Source: Syntrophorhabdaceae bacterium (GTDB taxonomy: Bacteria > Desulfobacterota > Syntrophorhabdia > Syntrophorhabdales > Syntrophorhabdaceae). From it: a stretch of DNA of 64,000 nucleotides. Shown piece after piece: positions 45,287 through 55,475 of this stretch. Each line of letters opens with the position of its first letter. Within the stretch, counting starts at the first letter, position 1. Under the pieces are notes generated by a model. That model had not been told where the DNA came from, did not search any database, and saw only the letters and a program-made list of their open reading frames with translations. A program made the translations under genes and the position numbers. The stretch covers positions 2,656,001 to 2,720,000 of the forward strand of contig OY762209.1 in NCBI GenBank assembly GCA_963665295.1, written 5' to 3'.

Positions 45287-45565
45287 CTACCTTTTCCAGA
45301 TCATGTCTTTCAGCTCTTTACCGACTTTGAAATAGGGAAGTTTTTTCGGTTCTACGTTTACCACGTCGCCGCTCTTGGGGTTGCGACCTTTGTATGCCTT
45401 ATACTGTCTCAGGGAGAAGTTTCCGAACCCTCTTATTTCCACTCTCTTACCGTCAACTATTGCCTTCTTTATCGTGTCGAGGATGTTGTCTACCGCTATC
45501 TTTGCTATTTTCTGGTTAAGCTTAAGGTCTTCCGCGAGCTTATTGATTATATCCGTTTTATTCAT
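45287..45565 (-). CDS. IHF/HU DNA-binding protein
   Basis: RVEIRGFGNF, GRNPKSG, FKVGKELK. Confidence 0.92.
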   Translation of the reverse strand: MNKTDIINKLAEDLKLNQKIAKIAVDNILDTIKKAIVDGKRVEIRGFGNFSLRQYKAYKGRNPKSGDVVNVEPKKLPYFKVGKELKDMIWKR

Positions 45566-45577
45566 TTTCAGTACCTC

Positions 45578-46402
45578 CTATTGATTTTCCACTGTGTATT
45601 GATACGCGTTCCTGAATATCCCAAGGCCGTCTCCTTCTTCCCGCAATTCTTCCCTTGTCCACCTCGGGTGCTGTGTGCAGGTGACGTATGCCTCCGGATG
45701 AGGCATGAGCCCGAATATTCTCCCTGTAGCGTCACAAATGCCTGCTATGGCTTCCACCGACCCATTCGGGTTATCGGGGTAAGCGAGGGTAATCTCTCCC
45801 GATTCATCAGTGTACCGCAGGGCTATATGTCCATTTTGCCGGGCCCTGGTCAGATTGTCGGGGGTGTCGAAGACGAACTTGCCCTCCCCATGCCTTACGG
45901 GGAGGTAGAGTTTATCCATATTTTTCGTAAAGATGCAACGGGAAAGACCGTCAACCCTGAGGTGTACCCACCGATCCTCAAATTTGCCGGAATCGTTGAA
46001 GGTGAGGGTCACGGACTGGGTGCCGTATTTGCCGTCGAGGCCGGGAAGCAGCCCCGTCTTCACGAGAAGCTGAAACCCGTTGCAGATACCGAGGATGATC
46101 TTGCCGTCGGCAACGAACTTCAGGGCCTCGTCGATAAACCGTTTCCCTTTGTCTCCGATCTCCTGGTACTTCCATCTCACCGCCTGCGCCTTGGCGGCTC
46201 CGAGGTCGTCCCCATCAAGGAAACCGCCGGGGAGATTGAGGAAAGAATACTTGTGTATGATCCCGGGATTTTCCATGAGCGCGTTTATATGGAGCAGGTC
46301 CGCGTGGAACCCTGTCAATCTGTGGGCATGAGCGGTCTCATACTCGCAGTTTATCCCGTTTCCGAACAGCACCAGACTTCTTGGCGATTTTGTTTTCATC
46401 AT
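45578..46402 (-). CDS. purQ: FGAM synthase glutaminase subunit
   Basis: GINCE, PGGF..GD, GICNGFQ, HGEG, NPNGS, MPHPE. Confidence 0.92.
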   Translation of the reverse strand: MMKTKSPRSLVLFGNGINCEYETAHAHRLTGFHADLLHINALMENPGIIHKYSFLNLPGGFLDGDDLGAAKAQAVRWKYQEIGDKGKRFIDEALKFVADGKIILGICNGFQLLVKTGLLPGLDGKYGTQSVTLTFNDSGKFEDRWVHLRVDGLSRCIFTKNMDKLYLPVRHGEGKFVFDTPDNLTRARQNGHIALRYTDESGEITLAYPDNPNGSVEAIAGICDATGRIFGLMPHPEAYVTCTQHPRWTREELREEGDGLGIFRNAYQYTVENQ

Positions 46403-47208
46403 GTTGCGTAACTATGTAAGCCCGATAAGATAAAATTTACCCCAAAATAGGTAAATATGACACTCAAAAAACCGACTATGGAAACCATGGCAATCCTTTT
46501 ACCTTTCCAGCCCTTTACGAGCCGCGCATGGAGATAGAGGGCATATACGATCCACGTGATCAGTGACCACGTCTCCTTGGGGTCCCAACTCCAATAGGAG
46601 CCCCAGGCGTAATGAGCCCATACTGCACCAGTTAGTATACCAGCACTCAGCATCGGAAATCCAACAATAATGCTTCGATAATTAATTTCGTCCAGTGTTT
46701 CGCCGGAAGGCACGACGCCTTTCCACTTTACAAGGTAGAGAAGTCCGGCGATGAAGGACACGGCAAAGGCCGCATAGGCAAGGAAACATGTTATCACATG
46801 TACATGAAGCCAGTTGCTCTGCAGGGCGGGGACAAGAGGCTGGATGCCCTTCTGCACCGAGGGAGACAGGGAAGCATAGGCCATGAAAAAGAGGGAGACG
46901 AGAGATGCCAGGCATGTGACCGGAGGAAAGGCGAGGCGCTTCTTCATCACGATGAGGATGAAGCTTACGGACCACGCGAAAAAGATCAGGGATTCGTAAA
47001 AGTTGGAGAGGGGAACGTGGCCGATGCCTATCCGGTAGGATTCCACCCACCGGAAGATGAGTCCTGCCGTGTGGAGGCCGAGGGTGATGTAGAGGACCCA
47101 CCACATGACGGCCATGAGTTTCTGCTTCCCCGTGGCGAAGTAGAGGACGTGAATGAAGAATACAAGAAGATACAGAAGCGTGACGAGGCCGAGTACCTTA
47201 TGATTCAT
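46399..47208 (-). CDS. System II cytochrome c synthase (ResC/CcsA type)
   Basis: WAHYAWGSYWSWDPKETW, GLHSY. Confidence 0.93.
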   Translation of the reverse strand: MNHKVLGLVTLLYLLVFFIHVLYFATGKQKLMAVMWWVLYITLGLHTAGLIFRWVESYRIGIGHVPLSNFYESLIFFAWSVSFILIVMKKRLAFPPVTCLASLVSLFFMAYASLSPSVQKGIQPLVPALQSNWLHVHVITCFLAYAAFAVSFIAGLLYLVKWKGVVPSGETLDEINYRSIIVGFPMLSAGILTGAVWAHYAWGSYWSWDPKETWSLITWIVYALYLHARLVKGWKGKRIAMVSIVGFLSVIFTYFGVNFILSGLHSYAT

Positions 47209-48514
47209 TGCCGCCCATCCTTGTCTTGAGACCTGCGAATTCTTCCCTGAACGCCTCTTTCCTTCGGGGCGCGGAACCTGCCACTATCACGCCGATCGAT
47301 CCCTTTCTCACATAGATCCTGCGGTGATAGGTGAAGAAATTTACATAGAGACCTATAAGCATCATCGCAAATCCCGTCCACACGATCCATATGCCGGGGT
47401 CTTTCGACACTTCGAGGCCCGTGTAAAAATCATCCTTGATATTCTCAAGCCTTACCGGCACTCCCTGGAGGTCTTTCTCCCGGAGTTTTTCCACGTTCTT
47501 CAAGAACCATGAGGTCTTGGGCTGACCGTCATTCAAATATGCGATAAGGACTCCGGGGCCGAAGTCGTGGACCGCGCTCTCGAATCGCACCACCATGAGG
47601 AGCAGATCCCCTTTCCTGAAGGTCTCCCGTTCCCTTAAAATAACATTTTCGCCCCCAATATTAAAGAGGAATGAGGGCGTCCGCCCGTAGCTTGCCTGGT
47701 ACACGTGGATGCCTTTGTAACTGAGAGGGTCGTTGACCCGTACCTTTTTTTCCGTGACCACCTTTCCCTTGTCGATCACCTTCAGGGTGCTTACGTAATC
47801 CTTCGGCTCGCCGCCGGGGTAGAAGGCGACCTTGAAATCTTCGCACTTCAGGGAGAATCCAAGGGCCTGCTCCCTGGCATTGTCCCCCCTCAGGGAAATG
47901 CGGTCTTTTGTCTCCCCCTGGGTGAGGACCATATAACCTTTATAACCCCCCATGTCTCCCACGAAGCCGCCCAGGAGGATGAGAATAATACTCGTATGGA
48001 TTATGAAGACGCCATACCGTGATAAGGCGCCCTTTTCGAAGACCGCGCCGCCTGTCACGGAAAGGCGCGTATATGTCTTCCTGAGGAACTCCTCCACGGC
48101 GGTTTCACTCTTTCCCTCCACATAAAAATGCATCTCCATTCTCTGGAGGGTCTCTTCGGCGGGGACTTCCACGGGCTTACGGTCGGACCTTATAAACCTG
48201 CGGAACCGTCCCAGGGTACAGAGGGAGAGGTTCACCACAAAGAGAATCACAAGTCCGTAAAACCATGGTGAATGGTAGGTGTCATCCAAATTGAAAAACC
48301 TTATGAACCTGAATGTGCTTTCGGAATAGAGGGTAAGATATTCCTCCAGCGGGGCCTTCTGCTTTATCACCGTCCCGAAAATTGAACCGACGGCGATCAA
48401 AGAGAGGAGCAGTATGGTAAACCTTACCGAAGAGAGGAAGTCATATATCCCGGCCATCGCCCCCTTTTCGGGGGCGGAACCGGTACTCCCGGAACTACTT
48501 TTTGTGACACTCAT
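47198..48514 (-). CDS. resB: System II cytochrome c biogenesis protein ResB
   Basis: YHSPWF, HTSIILIL, VNDPLSYKG..YQASY, KDPG. Confidence 0.9.
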   Translation of the reverse strand: MSVTKSSSGSTGSAPEKGAMAGIYDFLSSVRFTILLLSLIAVGSIFGTVIKQKAPLEEYLTLYSESTFRFIRFFNLDDTYHSPWFYGLVILFVVNLSLCTLGRFRRFIRSDRKPVEVPAEETLQRMEMHFYVEGKSETAVEEFLRKTYTRLSVTGGAVFEKGALSRYGVFIIHTSIILILLGGFVGDMGGYKGYMVLTQGETKDRISLRGDNAREQALGFSLKCEDFKVAFYPGGEPKDYVSTLKVIDKGKVVTEKKVRVNDPLSYKGIHVYQASYGRTPSFLFNIGGENVILRERETFRKGDLLLMVVRFESAVHDFGPGVLIAYLNDGQPKTSWFLKNVEKLREKDLQGVPVRLENIKDDFYTGLEVSKDPGIWIVWTGFAMMLIGLYVNFFTYHRRIYVRKGSIGVIVAGSAPRRKEAFREEFAGLKTRMGGNES

Positions 48515-48875
48515 TACATTTTACAGGTGCACTCACGCCTTTCTTTACGCTCTCCTTGTGGCAGGTCTGACATTGTTTGTGAAACGCATCCTTGGCAATG
48601 GGGGCCCCGTCCTTCGCGTCCTTCAGGAGATGGCACTGGAGGCAGCTTTCATACTCTTTACCTTCCTTTGCCTTGTGGTGGCACACGGTGCATCCAATCT
48701 TCGCCTTGTCTACGTGGGTAGGGTGGGAGAAAGCCACGGGGGCCATCTTTGCCCCTTCGAGCTTGAGGGAGGCTGTTTCGCCGGGCGCCTTCTGGGCCCA
48801 CGCGAGACCGCACAGAGAAAGGACCAGAACAGACATAAAGAACGGTGTCAGGTATCTGAAGATTGTATGTTTCAC
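48495..48875 (-). CDS. Tetraheme cytochrome c3 (class III)
   Basis: Signal peptide; FSHPTH, CTVCHH, CLQCH, AFH..CQTCH, CNECH. Confidence 0.92.
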   Translation of the reverse strand: MKHTIFRYLTPFFMSVLVLSLCGLAWAQKAPGETASLKLEGAKMAPVAFSHPTHVDKAKIGCTVCHHKAKEGKEYESCLQCHLLKDAKDGAPIAKDAFHKQCQTCHKESVKKGVSAPVKCNECHKK

Positions 48876-49173
48876 GGTGCACCTCCGAGGTTTATTTTTG
48901 ACATATTAGCTCGAATAATGCTGTAAAGTCAAGGCAATATGGACCCGCCCTCATTTTCGGAGGGATACTGCTCCCTCGTGAAATAAAGAAAAGAGAGGAC
49001 CTCGTCGTTATCGCGGTAAAGACACTGTAAACGATAAACAAGGGCCACCCGTGAGCGGGACCCGGGGCCCGGGATATACACGTTTTGGGGCAGGCCGGAA
49101 GGTCCTTCCATAGATAGAGTATTGTGCCTCGGCGGGGTAATGTCAACGAAAAGAGACAGATTCCCCGTTGTCT

Positions 49174-49926
49174 CTACTTGTCCTGTTTCTTCCGGAGCCT
49201 GTCCGCGGGAACGGGGGCGTCCATGGGGTAAATGGGGTTGGCCAGGGTCCACCACCCGGCCCTTTCGGACCTTGAAAACTCGATCCTTGTCACGTATTTG
49301 ATGCTTTTGTAGGCGAGATCATAGGGCGAGACTACCCGACAAGGCGCTCCGTGCTCATGGGGGAGCGGTTTGCCGTCGAGGGTGAGGGCAAGAAGGCAAC
49401 CCTTTTTCGGGTCGAGGAGATGAGAGACAGGGAAGGATTCCACATAGTACCTCTGTCCTCCCGGTTGGGACGATGTTTCTCCAAGGGCGTGGAATACGGC
49501 GTATTTTGCCTCGCTTCTCACTCCGGCCCTTCGTGCGATCTCATCGAACCGTATGCCTCCCCAGGATACGTCTTTTACCGACCAGCCTTCCACGCAATGA
49601 AAGTCTGAAACCTGCGTCACCCGGGGCATAGCCGTCAAGTCGTCGTAGGTGAGACGGAGGGGTCTTTCGACAAGGCCGTCAACGAGTAACCCGTAGGGCT
49701 CGGCGTTATTCCCCTTGCCCCTGAGGACCATACCCGTCTTCGGGTCGAACCGGAAAGTATCCTTTTCCACGGTGCGCACGGGAAAGGAGCGGATAAAAAA
49801 GGCGCGTAGCGATGACGGGATGGACAGGAAGAGGGATACCACGGCCAAGGAAAAGAGGAATAGCCGTCTTCCCACGCTCCGGCCGTCCGAGGGTATGGGT
49901 CTGGTGGGTTCAACCGCCACAGTCAC
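49174..49926 (-). CDS. Sulfite-oxidase-family molybdopterin protein (MsrP/YuiH-like)
   Basis: DFHCVEGWS, HGAPCR, YKSIKY. Confidence 0.85.
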   Translation of the reverse strand: MTVAVEPTRPIPSDGRSVGRRLFLFSLAVVSLFLSIPSSLRAFFIRSFPVRTVEKDTFRFDPKTGMVLRGKGNNAEPYGLLVDGLVERPLRLTYDDLTAMPRVTQVSDFHCVEGWSVKDVSWGGIRFDEIARRAGVRSEAKYAVFHALGETSSQPGGQRYYVESFPVSHLLDPKKGCLLALTLDGKPLPHEHGAPCRVVSPYDLAYKSIKYVTRIEFSRSERAGWWTLANPIYPMDAPVPADRLRKKQDK

Positions 49927-50135
49927 CGCGTCACCCTGCTGACCGTGTATCCCGCCGCCTCTATGGCAGCCTCGATATCTTCCCTTTTCACCCGCGTCTC
50001 GTCGAAGTGCACAGCAGCAGTCCCGAGGCTCACCTCGGAGTCCCTGATCCCGCCCAGGGTTTCAAGCGCTTTTCGGACCTGCATAACACAATGCTCGCAA
50101 CTCATCCCTTCAATCCTGATGACAATCTCACGCAT
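49923..50135 (-). CDS. CopZ-like HMA metallochaperone
   Basis: GMSCEHC, AGY. Confidence 0.9.
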   Translation of the reverse strand: MREIVIRIEGMSCEHCVMQVRKALETLGGIRDSEVSLGTAAVHFDETRVKREDIEAAIEAAGYTVSRVTR

Positions 50136-50181
50136 GGCACACTGCCCCCTTTCTCTCGCGATTCAGGAACATAAGTCCTGT

Positions 50182-50520
50182 CTACCCGGATTGCAAGGAA
50201 GGCCGGTCTGTTTCGTCGAGCACCCATTTCAGATATGCGGGAAGCCCCGTCTCGATGGTGACGGCGACTATCTCGGGCACCTCATAGGCATGGAGCCGCC
50301 CTATCTCCGCCTCGATCTCTCCGTAAAGGGACCTTCTGCTTTTGATTACGCACAACCATTCCTGAGTTTCCTCGACTTTACCTTTCCACCGGTATATACT
50401 TTTCATGGGGCCCACGATCTGAGCGCACGACGCGAGCCTTTTTTCCACAAGGGTTCTGCCGATCAATTCGACGGCCTCTTTTCTATCCGCTGTAGTGGTG
50501 ATCTGTATAAGCTCTTCCAT
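50182..50520 (-). CDS. cutA: Divalent-cation tolerance protein CutA
   Basis: SIYRWKG, HAYEVPEI, YLKW. Confidence 0.92.
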   Translation of the reverse strand: MEELIQITTTADRKEAVELIGRTLVEKRLASCAQIVGPMKSIYRWKGKVEETQEWLCVIKSRRSLYGEIEAEIGRLHAYEVPEIVAVTIETGLPAYLKWVLDETDRPSLQSG

Positions 50521-50606
50521 GGGGACCCCTTTTTTGTTACAATAGATTTATCTTGAAATTATAGTGAATTTCATATATTTTTTCTATTCTACAATTAGGA
50601 GTTGGC

Positions 50607-51197
50607 ATGTTTCAGGTTAAAGACGGCGATTCAATAATACTGGCAAGCGAATCCACCCGAAGGGTTGATATATTGAGGAGTCTGGGCATATCCTTCTCGA
50701 TCATTCCCCCTGATATCGACGAACGGAGGAGGCGCGACGAGACTCCGAGAGAGTTCGTGCTGCGGGTGTCCTATGAGAAGGCACAGAAGGTGGGCGAACA
50801 TTTTCCCGAGAAATGGGTGATCGGGGCCGACACCATAGTGGTGTACAAAGGCAAAGTCCTCGGAAAGCCGAAGGATGATGCAGACGCATTCAACATGCTG
50901 AAATCGTTACGGGGCAAGTGGCACAAGGTGATGACCGGCTACTGCGTTCTCAACGCATCGAAGGATATCATGTACCGTGACGCAGTGGAGACCAGGGTCT
51001 TTGTGCGAGACCTGTCCGACGACGAGATAATACGATACATTAAGACATCGGAACCGCAGGGCAAGGCGGGCTCCTATGCCGTCCAGGGCAAGGGCGGTTA
51101 CATGGTGAAGGAGATTAAAGGCTCATATTCGAACGTGGTGGGCCTGCCTATCTGTGAGGTTGCGGAAGTGTTGATGTCGCTGGGCGTTCTTTCGTGA
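50607..51197 (+). CDS. maf: Maf nucleoside triphosphate pyrophosphatase
   Basis: ILASES.RR, GADTIV, KAGSY, NVVGLP. Confidence 0.93.
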   Translation: MFQVKDGDSIILASESTRRVDILRSLGISFSIIPPDIDERRRRDETPREFVLRVSYEKAQKVGEHFPEKWVIGADTIVVYKGKVLGKPKDDADAFNMLKSLRGKWHKVMTGYCVLNASKDIMYRDAVETRVFVRDLSDDEIIRYIKTSEPQGKAGSYAVQGKGGYMVKEIKGSYSNVVGLPICEVAEVLMSLGVLS

Positions 51198-51865
51198 AGG
51201 ATATAAAAGACACAATAGGGAATATAAGGGAGCGGATAGAAGGCGCTCTTGCCCGGTCAGGCAGACAGGGTTCCCATGTACTGCTCATTGGCGTTACGAA
51301 GAGAGTCGATGGGGAAAGAATAAAAGAGGCACTCCGGGCAGGGCTCAACGATTTCGGAGAAAACTACATTCAGGAAGCGAGGGGGAAGATCGAAGGGTTT
51401 GGGGAGAAGGCGCGCTGGCATATGATCGGCCACATCCAGACGAACAAACTCAAGTACATACCCGGACTTTTTGATTACGTCCATTCAATAGACAGGTGGG
51501 AGCTTGCGGAAGGTCTCGATAAATATGGGAAACCCTTAAACATCCTTTTCGAGCTCAATCTCTCCGGGGAGGCGTCCAAGCACGGGACCGGGGAAGACAA
51601 CCTCAAGCGCATGCTGGAAAGAGTGACGACCCTGGCGCACGTGAAGCCCGTGGGGCTTATGACCATGGCGCCCTATGTGGATGATCCGGAGGAAGTGAGG
51701 GAGATATTCAAGGGCTTAAGAGAAATCCGTGACCGGGTCAACAGGGAGTTCGGTCTCCATATGACTGAACTGTCCATGGGTATGTCGTCCGATTTCGAAG
51801 TTGCAGTTGAGGAAGGCGCTACCATGGTGAGGGTCGGCACCGCCATTTTCGGGGAGAGAGCATGA
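51194..51865 (+). CDS. yggS: PLP homeostasis protein
   Basis: FGENYIQE, WHMIGHIQTNK, LSMGMS.D, RVGTAIFG. Confidence 0.93.
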   Translation: MKDIKDTIGNIRERIEGALARSGRQGSHVLLIGVTKRVDGERIKEALRAGLNDFGENYIQEARGKIEGFGEKARWHMIGHIQTNKLKYIPGLFDYVHSIDRWELAEGLDKYGKPLNILFELNLSGEASKHGTGEDNLKRMLERVTTLAHVKPVGLMTMAPYVDDPEEVREIFKGLREIRDRVNREFGLHMTELSMGMSSDFEVAVEEGATMVRVGTAIFGERA

Positions 51866-53235
51866 AGGCGTGGGGAGGCAGGTTTAAGGGAGAAACCAAT
51901 CCGCTCATGGAGCGCTACAGCGCGTCCATCGATTTTGACTGGGTTCTTTTTGAATATGATATAGAAGGGAGCAAGGCCCACGCGAGGATGCTCCATAAGA
52001 TAGGCATACTGAGCGAAAAGGAAAAAGACGACATCATAACCGCCTTGAGCGAGGTAAAGGCGGAGATAGAGGAAGGGCAGCTTTTGTTCAAGGCCTCCCT
52101 GGAGGACATCCACATGCACGTCGAGGCTCGGCTCATCGAGAAGACGGGCGATGCGGGTAAGCGGCTCCACACGGGGAGGAGCAGAAACGATCAGGTTTCC
52201 CTCGACATGAGGCTCTACCTGAAAGACGAACTGGCCCTGGTGGAACGGGGACTCGTCGCACTGCTGCGGGCCCTTGTTGAAAAAGCCGCAAAGGAGAAAC
52301 AGGTTTTCATGCCCGGCTATACCCATATGCAGAAGGCGCAGGTGGTTCCTTTCGCCCATTACCTTCTCGCATATTACTATATGTTGAAAAGGGACAGGGA
52401 GCGTTTGAAAGGCGTGATGAGCGCCATTGATGTCCTTCCCTTGGGAAGCGGTGCCCTCGCGGGCTCCACCATACCCCTCGACAGGGAATTCGTAAGGGAA
52501 AATCTGGGATTTTCACGGATCTCGGAGAACAGCATGGACACGGTTGCGGACAGGGATTTCGTCCTTGACGCGATCTTTGCGTGCACCATGATCATGACCC
52601 ACTTAGGCAGGATGTCGGAGGACTTCATCATCTTCTCCACGGAGGAATTCGGTTATATCTCCCTGCCGGACGAGTTGTGTACGGGAAGCAGTCTCATGCC
52701 CCAGAAGAAGAATCCCGATGCCCTGGAGTTGACGAGAGGCAAGACGGCAAGGGTCGTGGGCGACCTCGTGAGCCTCTTCACCCTTTTGAAGGGTCTCCCC
52801 ATGACCTATAACAGGGACCTCCAGGAGGATAAGGAGCCTCTGTTCCACGCGGTAAACACGGTGAAGGATGCCCTGTCCATAATGACCCTGTGTATCGAGG
52901 GTGTCGAAGTGAATGACAAAAGGATGGAAGAAGCGGCATTGAAAAGTTTCATGCCTGCCGTGGAGATGGCGGAGTATCTTACCCTGAAAGGCATTCCCTT
53001 CAGGGAGGCCCATGGAATAGTAGGCAAGATGGTCAGAGACTGCGAAGAAAGAGGAATATTTCTCTCAGCCATGACGGTGAAGGACATGTCGGCATATTCC
53101 GACGCCTTCGACGACGAGGTGTATGAGCATATCGATCCCCGGAAAATCTTAAGGAGCAGGCGCACCATAGGGGCGGCTTCTTTTGACCAGGTGGAAAAGG
53201 AACTCGATGCGGAAAAGCGTTATCTTAATCATTAG
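51862..53235 (+). CDS. argH: Argininosuccinate lyase
   Basis: WGGRF, HTGRSRNDQ, GSSLMPQKKNPD, YNRDLQEDK. Confidence 0.97.
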   Translation: MKAWGGRFKGETNPLMERYSASIDFDWVLFEYDIEGSKAHARMLHKIGILSEKEKDDIITALSEVKAEIEEGQLLFKASLEDIHMHVEARLIEKTGDAGKRLHTGRSRNDQVSLDMRLYLKDELALVERGLVALLRALVEKAAKEKQVFMPGYTHMQKAQVVPFAHYLLAYYYMLKRDRERLKGVMSAIDVLPLGSGALAGSTIPLDREFVRENLGFSRISENSMDTVADRDFVLDAIFACTMIMTHLGRMSEDFIIFSTEEFGYISLPDELCTGSSLMPQKKNPDALELTRGKTARVVGDLVSLFTLLKGLPMTYNRDLQEDKEPLFHAVNTVKDALSIMTLCIEGVEVNDKRMEEAALKSFMPAVEMAEYLTLKGIPFREAHGIVGKMVRDCEERGIFLSAMTVKDMSAYSDAFDDEVYEHIDPRKILRSRRTIGAASFDQVEKELDAEKRYLNH

Positions 53236-54208
53236 CCTTGCCGTTTTGCTCCTCATCGCGGGATGCGGCAAGAAGGGACTCCCGATGCCGGAGAAGCTTT
53301 CCCTGCCGGGAGGTATGAGAGACCTGTCGGGTGAAGGCAGGGGCGGAGTACTGTTCCTTTCTTTCTCCATACCGGCAAGAGATTCGATGGGGGCCGAACT
53401 CAGGGACCTCGGGGGATTTCGTATCCTCAAGAGTTGCGGCAGTTGCATGGGAGCATTCGAACCCTTCAAGGACATCCGTCTGGACGAAGGGCAGGGATAC
53501 ACGATAGTGAACAATAGAATCTATCTCTACGATGACGACTTGAGGGCGGGATTCCGGTATTCGTATCGCGTGTACCCCATGACGAAGCTGGGCACCACGG
53601 GTGAAGCATCGAATGTATTCTCCCTCACGTGGCAGACGCCGCCCGGGCGGCCGGTGAACATCTCGGCCAAGGGCGATGATGAACAGGTCGAACTGAACTG
53701 GACGAGAGAGGATAACCTCGTATATAACGTTTACAGGGTCAAGGAAAACGTCTACCCTCTCTTTCCCGTCAACCCCGGTCCCCTTTCCACCCCGCTCTTT
53801 CTTGATACGGGTCTCGAAAACGGGAAGGCATACGAATATGAGATAAGGGCCGCCATGGTAAAAGACGGCATGATGTTCGAAGGGGAGGGCACACGGGTAA
53901 AGGTTATCACGGTGGACAGAACGCCTCCCAAAGCGCCGCAGGGCATCAAGGTGGAAAAGAAGGGCCGCGGGGCCCTGATAGCATGGAAAATGAACTCGGA
54001 GAAGGACCTTCTCGGCTATAACGTCTACAGGATAGGCGGCGGAATGCCCGTGAAATTGAACGGCGAACCTGTCAGGGAACTCCAGTTCTATGACGGGAAA
54101 GTTCCCGCCGATGCAAGATACACGTCGTACTACGTGACTGCCTTGGACACGTCGAATAACGAGAGTGAGCACTCCAAGGAAGCCATAATACTACTAATGA
54201 AAGAGTGA
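53207..54208 (+). CDS. Lipoprotein with fibronectin type III repeats
   Basis: Lipobox IAGC-GKKG; repeated W...YNVYR...D...Y.Y pattern. Confidence 0.8.
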   Translation: MRKSVILIISLAVLLLIAGCGKKGLPMPEKLSLPGGMRDLSGEGRGGVLFLSFSIPARDSMGAELRDLGGFRILKSCGSCMGAFEPFKDIRLDEGQGYTIVNNRIYLYDDDLRAGFRYSYRVYPMTKLGTTGEASNVFSLTWQTPPGRPVNISAKGDDEQVELNWTREDNLVYNVYRVKENVYPLFPVNPGPLSTPLFLDTGLENGKAYEYEIRAAMVKDGMMFEGEGTRVKVITVDRTPPKAPQGIKVEKKGRGALIAWKMNSEKDLLGYNVYRIGGGMPVKLNGEPVRELQFYDGKVPADARYTSYYVTALDTSNNESEHSKEAIILLMKE

Positions 54209-54211
54209 GCC

Positions 54212-55471
54212 ATGAATTACTGCGAGTATAAGAACGGTGAATTGTATTGCGAAGAAGTGCCCGTCCGCGAGATCGCGGAGGCGACAGGCACGCCGGTTTA
54301 TGTTTACAGTCTGAGGACTATCGAAAGACACTTCCGGGTGTTCAACGAAGCCTTCCGGACGATCCCGCACCTTACATGCTACTCCTGTAAGGCCTGTTCC
54401 AACCTTGCGATCCTGAAGACCATCGGGAGACTCGGGGGAGGGATAGACATCGTATCGGGCGGTGAACTTTACCGGGCCCTGAAAGCGGGTATTCCGGCTG
54501 AGAAGATAGTCTTTTCCGGGGTCGGGAAGACGGAAGAAGAGATAAGGTCGGCCGTTGAAGCGGGTATCCTCATGATCAACGTGGAATCGGAGGACGAACT
54601 GGAAGTGGCCGCCGCTGTGGCGAGCCGCATGAAGGCAAGGGTGCCTGTCTCTATCAGGGTGAACCCGGAGATAGACCCCAAGACGCACCCGTACATAACC
54701 ACGGGTTTGAAGAAGAACAAATTCGGGGTGCTCTGGGAAGATGCATTCCGGCTCTATAAGAAGGCGCGGGACGACAAATACCTCGTGCCTGCGGGTATAT
54801 CCTCCCACATAGGCTCCCAGATCCTGGAACTCACGCCCTTTGTAGAGGCCATGCGATCCCTGAAAGGGATGGTGTCGCAGCTTGCGGGCGAGGGAATACC
54901 TCTTTCCTATATCGACATCGGCGGGGGACTCGGCATTACGTACAAGGACGAGTTGCCGCCTCATCCGGAAGACTACGCGCGCGTGGTTGAGGAGGAGTTG
55001 AAAGGCTCGGGACTCACGGCGATATTCGAGCCGGGAAGGGTCGTGATCGGAAACAGCGGAATATTCGTCACCCGGCTTCTCTATATCAAGAAGACGTCGG
55101 GGAAGACCTTTTATATTATTGACGGGGCCATGAACGACCTGGTGAGACCTTCTCTCTATGACGCGTACCATGAGATTACCCCTGTCAAGGCCGGAGACGG
55201 GTTGGGCCTGAAGGTGGACGTGGTGGGCCCCATTTGCGAATCCGGTGATTTTCTTGCCAGGGACAGGGAGATGCCTCAACTGGAAAGAAACGAACTGCTT
55301 GCGGTCAGGGGCGCGGGCGCCTATGGCTTCTCCATGTCCTCGAATTACAATTCGAGGCCGAGAGCCGCGGAGGTGCTCGTAAAGGGGAACGAATTTTTTG
55401 TGATACGAAAAAGAGAGACATTCGAAGACCTGATAAAAGGGGAGACGATCCCATCATTTTTGGAGGTGTAG
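54212..55471 (+). CDS. lysA: Diaminopimelate decarboxylase
   Basis: GTPVYVYS, HIGSQ, EPGR, GPICESGD, GAYG..MSSNYN. Confidence 0.97.
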   Translation: MNYCEYKNGELYCEEVPVREIAEATGTPVYVYSLRTIERHFRVFNEAFRTIPHLTCYSCKACSNLAILKTIGRLGGGIDIVSGGELYRALKAGIPAEKIVFSGVGKTEEEIRSAVEAGILMINVESEDELEVAAAVASRMKARVPVSIRVNPEIDPKTHPYITTGLKKNKFGVLWEDAFRLYKKARDDKYLVPAGISSHIGSQILELTPFVEAMRSLKGMVSQLAGEGIPLSYIDIGGGLGITYKDELPPHPEDYARVVEEELKGSGLTAIFEPGRVVIGNSGIFVTRLLYIKKTSGKTFYIIDGAMNDLVRPSLYDAYHEITPVKAGDGLGLKVDVVGPICESGDFLARDREMPQLERNELLAVRGAGAYGFSMSSNYNSRPRAAEVLVKGNEFFVIRKRETFEDLIKGETIPSFLEV

Positions 55472-55475
55472 TAGC

